Positions 48,078-57,578 of a stretch of 64,000 nt of DNA are shown one piece after another. The notes below the pieces were generated by a model. It worked only from the letters and a program-made list of their open reading frames with translations. It searched no databases and was not told the origin of the DNA. Within the stretch, counting starts at the first letter, position 1. The number at the start of each line of letters is the position of its first letter. The translations under genes were made by a program, and so were the position numbers. The DNA is from Candidatus Cloacimonadales bacterium (GTDB lineage: Bacteria; Cloacimonadota; Cloacimonadia; Cloacimonadales; JAIOQZ01): contig OY771587.1 of assembly GCA_963674825.1 (NCBI GenBank), forward strand, positions 1,216,001 through 1,280,000, written 5' to 3'.

Positions 48078-50042
48078 ATGAAATACGATAAGCACGGGGC
48101 GCTCGAGCTCACCGAGATGAAATACGGTCAGGATCGCCCGAAAGCAGCCAATCCTGTAAAGGTACAGGATTTGACCTTCCGTGACGGCCACCAGTCCATT
48201 TTCGCCACACGTGGCAGAACCGAAGACATGCTGGAAGTCGCCGAGCAAATCGACGAAGTCGGTTTCTACTCCACTGAAGTCTGGGGTGGCGCTACCTTCG
48301 ATACCATGCACCGCTACCTCAACGAAGATCCGTGGCAGAGAATCCGTACCCTCAAGAAGTACATGAAGAAGACCCCATTCTCCATGCTGCTTCGCGGACA
48401 GAACCTCGTGGGCTACCGCAACTATGCCGACGACGTGGTGGAAGCATTTGTTCAGCGTGCCGCCGATAACGGCATCGACATCTTCCGCGTATTCGACGCG
48501 CTGAACGATTTCCGCAACTTCGAGACCGCCGTCAAGATCATCCAGAAGAACAAGAAGCACTTCCAGGGAACCATCTGCTACTCACTCACCGAACAGCGCA
48601 TGGGCGGCGACGTCTACAACCTGGATTACTACATCAATAAAGCGAAAGAGCTCCAGGCAATGGGTGCGGATTCGATCTGCATCAAGGACATGGCCGGCCT
48701 TATCGCGCCATATGACGCTTACAACCTGGTCAAAGCGCTTAAAGAAACCGTCGATGCACCGATTCACCTGCACACCCACTTCACCTCGGGTATGGGTGAT
48801 CTTTCCATATTCAAGGCAATCGAAGCCGGCGTGGATATCGTCGATACCTGCATGGCGCCATATGCCTACCGCACTTCGCACGCAGCAATCGAACCGATCG
48901 TCGTCAGCCTCCTCGGCACCAACCGCGACACTGGATTCGATATCAACTTGCTCAGCGAAATCGATAAAAAGCTCGAGAAGATAGCACCGAAATACATGCA
49001 CTACCTGGATACAACCAAGCTGTCCATCATCGACATAAACGTGATCCTGCACCAGACACCTGGCGGAATGCTCTCCAATCTGGTCAACCAGCTTCGTCAG
49101 ATGGAACAGCTCGATCGGCTCGAAGACGTGTTCGAAGCGCTGCCGAAAGTCCGCAAAGACCTCGGTCAGGTTCCGCTGGTCACCCCGACCAGCCAGATCG
49201 TTGGCATCCAGACGGTGAACAACGTCCTCTTCGACAAAGAAGAAGGCGAATACAACCGCATCACCGAGCAGGTGAAAGACCTCTGCTTCGGTCTCTACGG
49301 AAGAACACCCCGTCCGATGGACAAAGACGTTCAGGCCAAAGCACTCAAAGATTACCCGCGCGGTAGCGAGCCCACAGACGTTCGCCCTGGCGATGTCCTC
49401 GAACCTGAACTTCCCGCTGTCATAGAAGACTGCAAGGGCTTGGCCAAGGATATCGACGACGAGCTCATCGTGGCACTCTATCCCGTTACAGGAAAGCGCT
49501 TCCTGAAGTGGAAATACGGCAAGGAAGCACCGCCGAAAGACGTGATGGCAAAAACGATCGAAGAATGTGAAGCAGAACGCAAGATCGTCGAGAAAGCCCT
49601 TCGCGGCGAGATGATCGAAAAGCCGGCGAAGCAAGCTCCTCCGAAACCGGAGAACGTCCGCAGTTTCGACGTGTTTGTGGATGATGAATACTTCAAGGTT
49701 GAAATCGGGTCCGATGGCATGCCAGCAGTAGCACCGAGTGTCAAGCAGGTAACGAAACCCGCAGCACCAGCACCGAAACCTGCGCCAAAAGCCGAAGCAC
49801 CAAAACCGCAGGTTGCCGTTGCGGAAGGGCAGACCGCCATTACTGCGCCTATGCCTGGCATGGTGATCGAGTACAAGAAGCAGGTCGGCGACAAAGTCGA
49901 AGCCGGCGAGACCGTCTTGATCCTCGAAGCGATGAAGATGTATAACAACATCGAAGCCACCGTTTCAGGGACCATAAAGGAAGTTCCTTTCGGCGCTGGT
50001 GACAACGTCTCCAAGGACGCGGTACTCTGCGTAATCGAATAA
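48078..50042 (+). CDS. Pyruvate carboxyltransferase (5S/PycB/OadA-type) fused to a biotin carrier
   Basis: RDGHQS, EVWGGATFD, IKDMAG, HTH, PLVTPTSQIVG; Pro/Ala linker; EAMKM biotinylation site. Confidence 0.95.
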   Translation: MKYDKHGALELTEMKYGQDRPKAANPVKVQDLTFRDGHQSIFATRGRTEDMLEVAEQIDEVGFYSTEVWGGATFDTMHRYLNEDPWQRIRTLKKYMKKTPFSMLLRGQNLVGYRNYADDVVEAFVQRAADNGIDIFRVFDALNDFRNFETAVKIIQKNKKHFQGTICYSLTEQRMGGDVYNLDYYINKAKELQAMGADSICIKDMAGLIAPYDAYNLVKALKETVDAPIHLHTHFTSGMGDLSIFKAIEAGVDIVDTCMAPYAYRTSHAAIEPIVVSLLGTNRDTGFDINLLSEIDKKLEKIAPKYMHYLDTTKLSIIDINVILHQTPGGMLSNLVNQLRQMEQLDRLEDVFEALPKVRKDLGQVPLVTPTSQIVGIQTVNNVLFDKEEGEYNRITEQVKDLCFGLYGRTPRPMDKDVQAKALKDYPRGSEPTDVRPGDVLEPELPAVIEDCKGLAKDIDDELIVALYPVTGKRFLKWKYGKEAPPKDVMAKTIEECEAERKIVEKALRGEMIEKPAKQAPPKPENVRSFDVFVDDEYFKVEIGSDGMPAVAPSVKQVTKPAAPAPKPAPKAEAPKPQVAVAEGQTAITAPMPGMVIEYKKQVGDKVEAGETVLILEAMKMYNNIEATVSGTIKEVPFGAGDNVSKDAVLCVIE

Positions 50043-50062
50043 TCAAGTAATGATATATAGAC

Positions 50063-50089
50063 AAGGAGGCTCGTCGAGCCTCCTTTTTT
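50063..50089 (+). terminator. Rho-independent terminator
   Basis: AAGGAGGCTC-gtc-GAGCCTCCTT then TTTT. Confidence 0.85.
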
Positions 50090-50149
50090 ATCCCACATGC
50101 ACAGCCTGGCTGTATATAAAGTTTTTAAAGCTGTGATAATGAATATGAC

Positions 50150-50177
50150 TTGACACATTTGGAATCTCAGCTAAGAT
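50150..50177 (+). promoter_or_regulatory. Sigma70-type promoter upstream of the cheR cluster
   Basis: TTGACA-N16-TAAGAT. Confidence 0.5.
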
Positions 50178-50429
50178 ATCATTAGAAATAAAATGTAATG
50201 TGTCTTAGTTTGTGTATGCTTAGACCACATCGGAATAGTTAGCAACACATTGTCGTTAAGATGGTTACGTTTCCGGGGATTTCCCCTGATTACTTCTGAT
50301 GCGGCAGGAACTGCCGGTCAGCAAAAATTCGCATGATTTGGATATTGTTTATAACAGTCGAAACGAGTGTGTGATGAATAGAACCATAGAGACTTTTCAT
50401 GACGTTACAAGCTGTCTCCGGAGCGGTCG

Positions 50430-51281
50430 ATGATTTCCTCAAAGATACCGTTCGAACCGGGTGATTTCATACTTCTTCGGGAATATATCCAGAAAGAATT
50501 TGGTATTGTCGTAGGCGATGAGAAAGCACCCATTATCGAAGGGTATTTATCGAACCTCGTGGTCGAAAGCGAGTGTAAAAATTTCCGGGAATTCTATCAT
50601 AAAGCACGCACGGATACAACAGGAAATCTTCGCAATAAAATCATCGATGCCATCACCATCTACGAAACTTCATGGTTTCGCGATAACAAACCATGGGGAA
50701 TCGTTGACGAGCTGATTATTCCGCGCTTTATATCGGACATTCGTTCGGGTCGGAAGCAGCAGGTTCAGATATGGTCGGCTGGTGTATCGACCGGCGAAGA
50801 GATCTATTCGTTCGTAATGATTCTCGCCGAAGCTCTAACACGGTTCCCGATGATCAAACCGCCAACATTCAGCATTCTTGCAACCGATATCTCGCCCAGT
50901 GCACTCTATCGAGCCATATCCGGACGCTACAATCGCGAATCGATGCGCAAGGGAATGATCCCGCATTTCCGTGATCGCTACTTTACCGAAGAAAACGGGA
51001 TCAGCGAAATATCGAGAGAAGTTCGCGAGATGGTTACGTTCAGCCCTTTCAATCTACAGCTGGATTTCATTAATATACCCTCTTGCGACCTGGTTTTCCT
51101 ACGTAATGTTGCTACCTATTTCCCATTTGAGTCGAAGAAGAAGCTTTTTGAAAAGATATATCACAAAATGAATGATGATGGATATCTTATAATAGGTGAA
51201 AATGAATCGCTGGATGGTATTTCTACGAAATTCCGAAAGCACGAATACAAAAAAAGCGCATATTATATGGCAAAACGTTAG
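50430..51281 (+). CDS. cheR: CheR-family protein-glutamate methyltransferase
   Basis: ETSWFRD, IWSAGVSTGEEIYS, ILATDIS, DLVFLRNVATYF, GYLIIGENES. Confidence 0.88.
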   Translation: MISSKIPFEPGDFILLREYIQKEFGIVVGDEKAPIIEGYLSNLVVESECKNFREFYHKARTDTTGNLRNKIIDAITIYETSWFRDNKPWGIVDELIIPRFISDIRSGRKQQVQIWSAGVSTGEEIYSFVMILAEALTRFPMIKPPTFSILATDISPSALYRAISGRYNRESMRKGMIPHFRDRYFTEENGISEISREVREMVTFSPFNLQLDFINIPSCDLVFLRNVATYFPFESKKKLFEKIYHKMNDDGYLIIGENESLDGISTKFRKHEYKKSAYYMAKR

Positions 51282-51296
51282 TTGATGGGGTGGCTA

Positions 51297-51704
51297 ATGA
51301 AGATATTGACCGTCGATGACTCTCGATTGATGCGGGCGATGATACGCTGCACGATCGAAGCGCTTGGTTTTGAAGCGCTGGAAGCCTCGAACGGGTATCA
51401 GGCGATGAAAATCATGAAGAACCATTACGAAGGCATCAGCCTGATTCTGCTCGACTGGAATATGCCGGGCATCAGTGGTTACGATTTGCTTCTCAAACTG
51501 AAAGCCAACAAACTGTATCGCCATATCCCCGTGATGATGGTCACCACGGAAAGCGAATGCAAGCACGTTATAGACGCCATCCAGCATGGCGCGCAAAATT
51601 ATCTGAAGAAACCCTTTACACCGGAAAGCCTCGTCGATAAAATTGAAGAAGTCCTGGGCGGGCTTCCAAGCGAATTTTCCGACAAGGACGAACTTCAGCT
51701 ATAG
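51297..51704 (+). CDS. CheY-like response regulator
   Basis: KILTVDDS, LLDWNMPG, MVTTES, YLKKPFT. Confidence 0.9.
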   Translation: MKILTVDDSRLMRAMIRCTIEALGFEALEASNGYQAMKIMKNHYEGISLILLDWNMPGISGYDLLLKLKANKLYRHIPVMMVTTESECKHVIDAIQHGAQNYLKKPFTPESLVDKIEEVLGGLPSEFSDKDELQL

Positions 51705-51712
51705 AGGTCTAA

Positions 51713-52564
51713 ATGTATCGGAATACGATCCTGGAACGGCTATCGCGAATCGAAGAAGCGCCAACCATGCTAACCATTGCGCTGGAGATCGACCGTTTGT
51801 CGAGAAACTCCGATACATCAGCAAATCAGATCAGCAGTATCATCCGGCTTGATCCTGCCCTCACCGGTAAAGTGCTGAAAATCGCCAATTCTGCGGTTTA
51901 TGCTTCGCGCCAGCGAATTGTAAGCCTCCAACAGGCTATCGCACGACTCGGTTTCTCCGAGATTAGGAGAATCACCATTTCAATCGCGGTTATCAACAGC
52001 TTCAAGAACTTCTTTGTCGATTACGAGAAATTCTGGATCCACTCGATCTCAACCGCATACCTTGGCGTCGCGCTGCACAAAAAAGCGGTGCAGCAGACCC
52101 AAGAAGACGAGGTTTATATCTGTGGCATTCTGCATGATATTGGTGTCCTGATCATGGACCAGTACTTCACCACGATTTACAAGAAGGTCTTCGAGATTGC
52201 CGAACGGAGAAGATTCGACCTACCCATCGTGGAAGAGAAGCTGCTGGGCATTTCCCACTCCGAGATTGGCGCGTTTCTGCTTCGTAAATGGAAGCTGCCG
52301 GACACGGTTACCGATGTGATTCTCAACCACCACACACCGCAACGCGCCAAGATCAACCCGATCGCTACGCGGTTGGTTTATCTTTCCAATTTTATCTGCA
52401 ACAACCGCGGCATAGACAATGGCTGTGGGTTCTTCCCGGAAGGTTTCTACGACGACATATGGGATGAGCTGGGGCTTCGAGTGGATGAGATCCCTTCGCT
52501 TATCGATGTTGTTATGAAAGAAACACAAAAAGCAAAAGAAATTCTACGACTGGGCGGTCGATAA
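51713..52564 (+). CDS. HDOD-domain protein
   Basis: DPALTGKVLKIANSA, AIARLG, FWIHS, GILHDIG, HSEIGA.LL.KWKLP. Confidence 0.92.
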   Translation: MYRNTILERLSRIEEAPTMLTIALEIDRLSRNSDTSANQISSIIRLDPALTGKVLKIANSAVYASRQRIVSLQQAIARLGFSEIRRITISIAVINSFKNFFVDYEKFWIHSISTAYLGVALHKKAVQQTQEDEVYICGILHDIGVLIMDQYFTTIYKKVFEIAERRRFDLPIVEEKLLGISHSEIGAFLLRKWKLPDTVTDVILNHHTPQRAKINPIATRLVYLSNFICNNRGIDNGCGFFPEGFYDDIWDELGLRVDEIPSLIDVVMKETQKAKEILRLGGR

Positions 52565-53382
52565 TGAATAAAGCCGTTTTTTTAGGTTTCGAAGCCAAGA
52601 CTGATTGGCAAGAGCTATATCTCGACGACGACCTGACTGCGGACTTCAAAACATGGGACGATCTCGGCGAAAACGGGATTGTTGATTACGATATCGTCGT
52701 ACTTCATCTTGAGGAGTCACAGATTGATCTCCTCCACTTCATCCGGATGAAATTCCAGTCCAAACCGGTGGTTATTGTCGCATTCCTGCTTGAAAAGGAC
52801 ATCGATGCAATCGGTGATTTTCTCATGGCGGGTGCTGACATCGCAGAAGAACTTCCAACTCACGAAGATGCCGTTGCACTTATCATGGCCCAAGCGCTTG
52901 ACATGCTCCATGTGGGTAACTTCAAGCACGATACAATGAGCAACGCACTCACAGAGACAACCGAAGAAGTCTTCACTACCATGGTACAAATGAAGGTGGA
53001 GCTGCTGGAAATTCACCACGAAGAACTCATGTTTCCGGATGATGATCTCGCCGTCATGATGCAGGTCGAAGGCAAGATGAAGGGTGTTATCCTGTTGACA
53101 TTGTCTTATGAATTTGGCGCCCAAATCATTTCCCGAATTCTTTCCATCGAACCAGAGCTTTTGTCGCACCCTGATATCGAAGAAGGCATCCTCGAAATCA
53201 TCAACATGATCGCCGGAGGTGCAAAATCCAGAATCAGCGATTTCGACCAGACCTACACACTCACCACACCCAAAGCACTTGATAACCGGAATAAACATGA
53301 CGATATTGATAAAAGAGGCACTGTCTTGCTCTTCAAGAGCGATACCGACCACCGTTTCTCAGTTTATTACCACTTCCAGTAA
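52564..53382 (+). CDS. CheX-family phosphatase with N-terminal degenerate receiver-like region
   Basis: EVFTTM, G.MKG.ILL, EGILEIINMIAGGAK (ExxN), YTLTTP. Confidence 0.78.
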   Translation: MNKAVFLGFEAKTDWQELYLDDDLTADFKTWDDLGENGIVDYDIVVLHLEESQIDLLHFIRMKFQSKPVVIVAFLLEKDIDAIGDFLMAGADIAEELPTHEDAVALIMAQALDMLHVGNFKHDTMSNALTETTEEVFTTMVQMKVELLEIHHEELMFPDDDLAVMMQVEGKMKGVILLTLSYEFGAQIISRILSIEPELLSHPDIEEGILEIINMIAGGAKSRISDFDQTYTLTTPKALDNRNKHDDIDKRGTVLLFKSDTDHRFSVYYHFQ

Positions 53383-54205
53383 CCGTCGAATCCACAGCTT
53401 CCTCCTCGTCATCCTGATCGCTCTAGGAAGCATGCTCTTCGCCGACGAATACACAGCTCAAATCGACTCCCTGCGGCTGGAGATCATCCAGCGCGATGTT
53501 CCCGCAGAATGGTTTGATAGCCTCGTCACTCACGAGAATTTCAAGATATACCCCTCCATGAACGACTACTTCGAGCGTATGGCCGAACACCGTGTTGACC
53601 ACAAGCAGGAGAAGGATTTCGACTGGTACCTTGATTTCTTTGGTGTGCCGCGGAAGATCGAATTGGGAACCGCCTTCATCGAGGAAAACCGTGAGATTTT
53701 GGAGAAGGTGGAAGCGCTGAATGGTATCCACTACGAACTGGTGGTGGCGATTATCGGTATGGAGACCAACTTCGCGCAGAAGCGTCATCGTGGTAACTTC
53801 CACACCTTCAATACGCTCGTCTCCCAGTACGTCCTCATGCCCCGCAGGCGAAAGTTCGCCGTCCGCGAAATCGAATCGCTCTATAAATTTGCACAGCGTA
53901 CCGATCGCGATGTGTGGGAGTTTGTCGGATCGTTTGCCGGAGCCGCAGGATGGGGGCAGTTCATTCCGTCATCCATGCAGAGCTTTTTCATTGATGCCAA
54001 CGACAACGAGAAAGATATCGATATCTTCTCCGTGGACGACAACCTCTTTAGCATCCAGAACTACCTCAACAAACACGGCCTCAATCGGGACAATATCGGC
54101 AGTCGAGACGCACGTTACAAAGCCGTTTACGCTTACAATCACAGCGACGCCTACGTCCGCGCCGTACTTTACATCTACGAACACCTGCACGCGAAACGCC
54201 AATAG
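53297..54205 (+). CDS. mltB: Lytic murein transglycosylase B (SLT_2) family; start uncertain
   Basis: VAIIGMETNF, GSFAGAAGWGQFIPSS, SIQNYLNKHG, YAYNHS.AYV. Confidence 0.8.
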   Translation: MTILIKEALSCSSRAIPTTVSQFITTSSNRRIHSFLLVILIALGSMLFADEYTAQIDSLRLEIIQRDVPAEWFDSLVTHENFKIYPSMNDYFERMAEHRVDHKQEKDFDWYLDFFGVPRKIELGTAFIEENREILEKVEALNGIHYELVVAIIGMETNFAQKRHRGNFHTFNTLVSQYVLMPRRRKFAVREIESLYKFAQRTDRDVWEFVGSFAGAAGWGQFIPSSMQSFFIDANDNEKDIDIFSVDDNLFSIQNYLNKHGLNRDNIGSRDARYKAVYAYNHSDAYVRAVLYIYEHLHAKRQ

Positions 54206-54366
54206 CATCCGCTCGTAAACACCCATATTCCGCCCAGTAGATTCGTTTGATTGCGACCGCATGCGTGGTGTTCCGCGACTTAATTCCCGTGTCCGATAGC
54301 CAGAAAGTCGCGGTATATCCACGCAGTAGGGAGCAAACGGACGAAGATACGGGTGGATGCCATATA

Positions 54367-54406
54367 CCCTCTCGCCCATGTCAATTGGTGAGGGATGGGG
54401 TGAGGG
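54367..54406. repeat. REP-like palindromic element
   Basis: CCCTCTCGCCCATGTCAATTGGTGAGGGATGGGGTGAGGG; similar to the reverse complement of 2931-2964. Confidence 0.5.
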
Positions 54407-54479
54407 TTTCCACGGTATTCATTGACAAAAGCTGTAGATAAAAATGTTTTGGAAGTCACTATGATTTACGAGGTTTACG

Positions 54480-55682
54480 ATGGACATACAAAAACAGCTT
54501 GATATCATCAAGAACGGCGTCGAGGAGATCGTCCCCGAAGCCGAACTCAAACAGAAGCTCATCCTGGCGGAGAAAGAGAACCGTCCGCTGCGCGTGAAGA
54601 TGGGAATCGACCCCACCGGTACCGATGTGCACATCGGGCACATGGTCCCCGTACGCAAGATGCGAGACTTCCAGGACATGGGGCATACTGGCGTGATAAT
54701 CATCGGTGATTTCACCGCCCGTATCGGCGATCCCACCGGTCGCGACGAATCTCGTCCACCGCTCACCGCCGAGCAGACCAAAGCCAACGCTGCCACCTAC
54801 ATGGAGCAGCTTTATACCGTGCTTGATAAAGATAAAACCGAGATCCGCTGGCAATCCGAATGGTTTGAGGGTCTAAATCTCGCCGACGTGATCAACCTGC
54901 TGGGTAAATTCACCCTGGCACAATTCCTGGCCCACGATACCTTCCGCAAGCGCTACGAAAACGGCCTTCCGCTCGCCATGCACGAGCTCATGTACCCGGT
55001 TCTTCAGGCGTACGACTCCGTAGCGATCGATGCCGATATCGAGCTTGGTGCTACCGAGCAGAAATTCAACCTTCTTTGCGGACGCGACATGCTGCGCTAC
55101 TTCGGCAAGCCTGAGCAGGTCGCCATCATGTTCCCCATTCTCCTTGGCACCGATGGAGTGAACAAGATGAGCAAGAGCATGGGCAACTACGTCGCCGTAT
55201 TCGACAAACCGTCCGACAAATACGGAAAAGTCATGTCAATCCCGGATGAAATCATCCTCAACTACTATAAATACGCTACACGCCTCACGCCACAGGAGAT
55301 CAAGGAGATCGACAATCAGCTGAAATCTGGCGACAACCCGAAATTCATCAAGCAACGTCTGGCGCGCGAAATCGTTAAGCTCTACGACGGGGAATCAGCC
55401 GCCCTCGAAGCAGAAGAAGAATTCAACCGCGTGTTCAGTCAGCGCGATATCCCCACCGATATCGAGGAATTCGTGATGGAGGAACCCATCTGGATCGTGA
55501 AGCTTCTTACCGATACCGGATTATGCCAGACAAACGGCGAGGCCCGTCGTATGCTGAAACAGGGTGCTGTTAAGCTCGACGACGAAAAGGTCGATGACAT
55601 GGATCTGAACCTCAGCGTTGATCGCGAAACCATTCTCAAGGTGGGAAAACGTCGTTTCCTGAAGCTGGTTCCAAAGGAGTAG
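54480..55682 (+). CDS. tyrS: Tyrosine--tRNA ligase
   Basis: GIDPT..HIGH, GDFTARIGDPTGR, YPVLQAYDS, KMSKS, C-terminal S4 VGKRRF. Confidence 0.97.
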   Translation: MDIQKQLDIIKNGVEEIVPEAELKQKLILAEKENRPLRVKMGIDPTGTDVHIGHMVPVRKMRDFQDMGHTGVIIIGDFTARIGDPTGRDESRPPLTAEQTKANAATYMEQLYTVLDKDKTEIRWQSEWFEGLNLADVINLLGKFTLAQFLAHDTFRKRYENGLPLAMHELMYPVLQAYDSVAIDADIELGATEQKFNLLCGRDMLRYFGKPEQVAIMFPILLGTDGVNKMSKSMGNYVAVFDKPSDKYGKVMSIPDEIILNYYKYATRLTPQEIKEIDNQLKSGDNPKFIKQRLAREIVKLYDGESAALEAEEEFNRVFSQRDIPTDIEEFVMEEPIWIVKLLTDTGLCQTNGEARRMLKQGAVKLDDEKVDDMDLNLSVDRETILKVGKRRFLKLVPKE

Positions 55683-56332
55683 TGATGAATTTTTCTCAGA
55701 TTCTGGTACTAGCGCCGATTCTTCTTTTCAGCCTCAGCGTTCACGAATTCAGTCACGGCCTGGCCGCGTACTGGCTTGGCGACGACACAGCCAAGCGTGC
55801 AGGCCGATTGACGCTGAACCCACTTTCGCATCTGGATATCATCGGATTGATCGCGCTGTTTATCATTAAGATAGGCTGGGCAAAACCCGTCCCGATCAAT
55901 CCATACAACTTCCAGAACTTCAAGCGCGGCACCGCTATCTCTGCTGCCGCAGGTCCATTGTCGAACTTCCTGTTGGCGATCATCTTCTCGCTACTGCTGC
56001 GCGTTTACATGTCAGTATTCAACGATGCGCTCATCGTCCAGAATTCGGTTGTCGTTTTCATCTGGCACATCCTGTTTCTCACAATCTTCTACAACCTCGC
56101 GCTGGGGCTATTCAATCTGATCCCGATCCCTCCGCTGGATGGCTCCAAGATTCTGGGTGGATTTCTGTCCGACAGAATCTATTTCAAATATACGGCGCAG
56201 GAGAAAAAAGGAATGATGGTTTTCATGGCAATTATCCTGATATCCTACATCTCCGGATTCAGTTTCATCGGGACAATCATCATGCCACCGCTCAATTTTC
56301 TTCTGAAACTCCTGACTGGAATGTCCCTTTGA
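55682..56332 (+). CDS. Site-2 protease (M50) family
   Basis: HEFSH, GRLTLNPLSH, AGPLSN, FNLIPIPPLDG. Confidence 0.93.
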   Translation: MMNFSQILVLAPILLFSLSVHEFSHGLAAYWLGDDTAKRAGRLTLNPLSHLDIIGLIALFIIKIGWAKPVPINPYNFQNFKRGTAISAAAGPLSNFLLAIIFSLLLRVYMSVFNDALIVQNSVVVFIWHILFLTIFYNLALGLFNLIPIPPLDGSKILGGFLSDRIYFKYTAQEKKGMMVFMAIILISYISGFSFIGTIIMPPLNFLLKLLTGMSL

Positions 56333-56474
56333 TTGGCAGAAAACCGGGAAAAACCATTGACAAAATCGAAATGGTTCCTATGAAGGAAGTTCGAGAAATA
56401 TATCCTGATTTGAGAATCGAGGGAATATCAATAAGCATGAAAGCTGAAGTTTATCAAAACATAGGCACTGTAGC

Positions 56475-57578
56475 ATGAGAGCAGTATATCAATATGCAGG
56501 CGCTCTGCTACTGCCGTTTTTATTTGTTTACGCGTTGACGCCATTCATTATTCGGCTGGCTGTCGCGACGAATTTCATGGACAATCCGGAAGCCCGGAAA
56601 GTCCATAAAAAGGCCATTCCTCTTATGGGGGGAGTAGCCGTATTTACCGGCTTCATTCTGTTTGCTGTATATCATGTAGCCTTATGCGCCGATCGTTCGT
56701 TCAGTCTACCGGTTATCGGCTATTTGGGCGGAGCGCTGATCATCACACTTGTTGGCCTAATCGACGACCGCAAGGCCATGTCACCCAAGGTCAAAATGAT
56801 TGGTCAGCTCGCTGCATGTGTCGTATTTATCTTGTCCCAGCAGCTCTATTACGGCGATTTTCTGAATCTCTTCGTCTCGCCATGGATCAGCGTGCCCATC
56901 ATGATTTTCTGGATGATTGGATTGATGAACGCCTTGAACTTCCTGGACAACATGGATGGCATCATCTCCGGTATGTCGGGAATCATCGCGATTGGCTTCT
57001 ACGCGCTCAGCATCTCGATAAAAACGAGCGCACTGGCTTCACAGACCAACTTCATCGGACTGATGTCTCTGACCTTCGCCGGCGCAATCTTTGGTTTCCT
57101 GCCGCACAACTTCCGTCCCGCCAAGATTTTTCTCGGCGATGCCGGTAGCATGTTCATCGGCTACTTCCTCTCTACGATGGGAATCCTCAGCGGACGCCTG
57201 GCTGTGATCCATCGCAGCAGCGAGATTTACTATCTACTGCCCGTACTGATGCTCAGCTATGCCATTTTCGACATCTCACTGGTGAGTATCACCCGTAAAC
57301 GAGACGGCAGACGCATCACCCAGGGAGGTAAGGATCACTCAACCCATCGCATCCACAATGTCATGGGCTCTCCGAAAATCACCGCGTTGATCATTTACCT
57401 CATCAACACCATCATCATCATCTGTTCGATTCTGATCTATCGGATGAACTCCAAGATTCTCTTGATCGCATCTACGATCCTTTTTGCAGTTTTCTTCCTC
57501 TTCTTCGGAAGGAAACTGGATCAAATACCCGTCTCGATTCCAGCCAACCAGCTTAAACACAAAGAGGTGAAAGCATGA
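56475..57578 (+). CDS. WecA/TagO-like undecaprenyl-phosphate GlcNAc-1-P transferase (MraY family)
   Basis: RKVH..P.MGG, GLIDD, NALNFLDNMDG, IFLGDAGS, DHSTHR. Confidence 0.9.
   Translation: MRAVYQYAGALLLPFLFVYALTPFIIRLAVATNFMDNPEARKVHKKAIPLMGGVAVFTGFILFAVYHVALCADRSFSLPVIGYLGGALIITLVGLIDDRKAMSPKVKMIGQLAACVVFILSQQLYYGDFLNLFVSPWISVPIMIFWMIGLMNALNFLDNMDGIISGMSGIIAIGFYALSISIKTSALASQTNFIGLMSLTFAGAIFGFLPHNFRPAKIFLGDAGSMFIGYFLSTMGILSGRLAVIHRSSEIYYLLPVLMLSYAIFDISLVSITRKRDGRRITQGGKDHSTHRIHNVMGSPKITALIIYLINTIIIICSILIYRMNSKILLIASTILFAVFFLFFGRKLDQIPVSIPANQLKHKEVKA

Noticed and set aside
48582..49634. 350-aa minus-strand ORF (and similar shadows at 10689-11456, 62892-63764, 41269-42234)
   Set aside because: Overlap strongly conserved genes and are explained by codon bias; no protein-like motifs
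49755..49810. Short repeats such as GCACCAGCACCGAAACC
   Set aside because: They simply encode the Pro/Ala linker before the biotin domain
54206..54479. T-box riboswitch upstream of tyrS
   Set aside because: GGTGTTCCGCG and GGGTGGATGCC only loosely resemble the UGGNACC T-box, there is no terminator, and a TTGACA lies downstream at 54422
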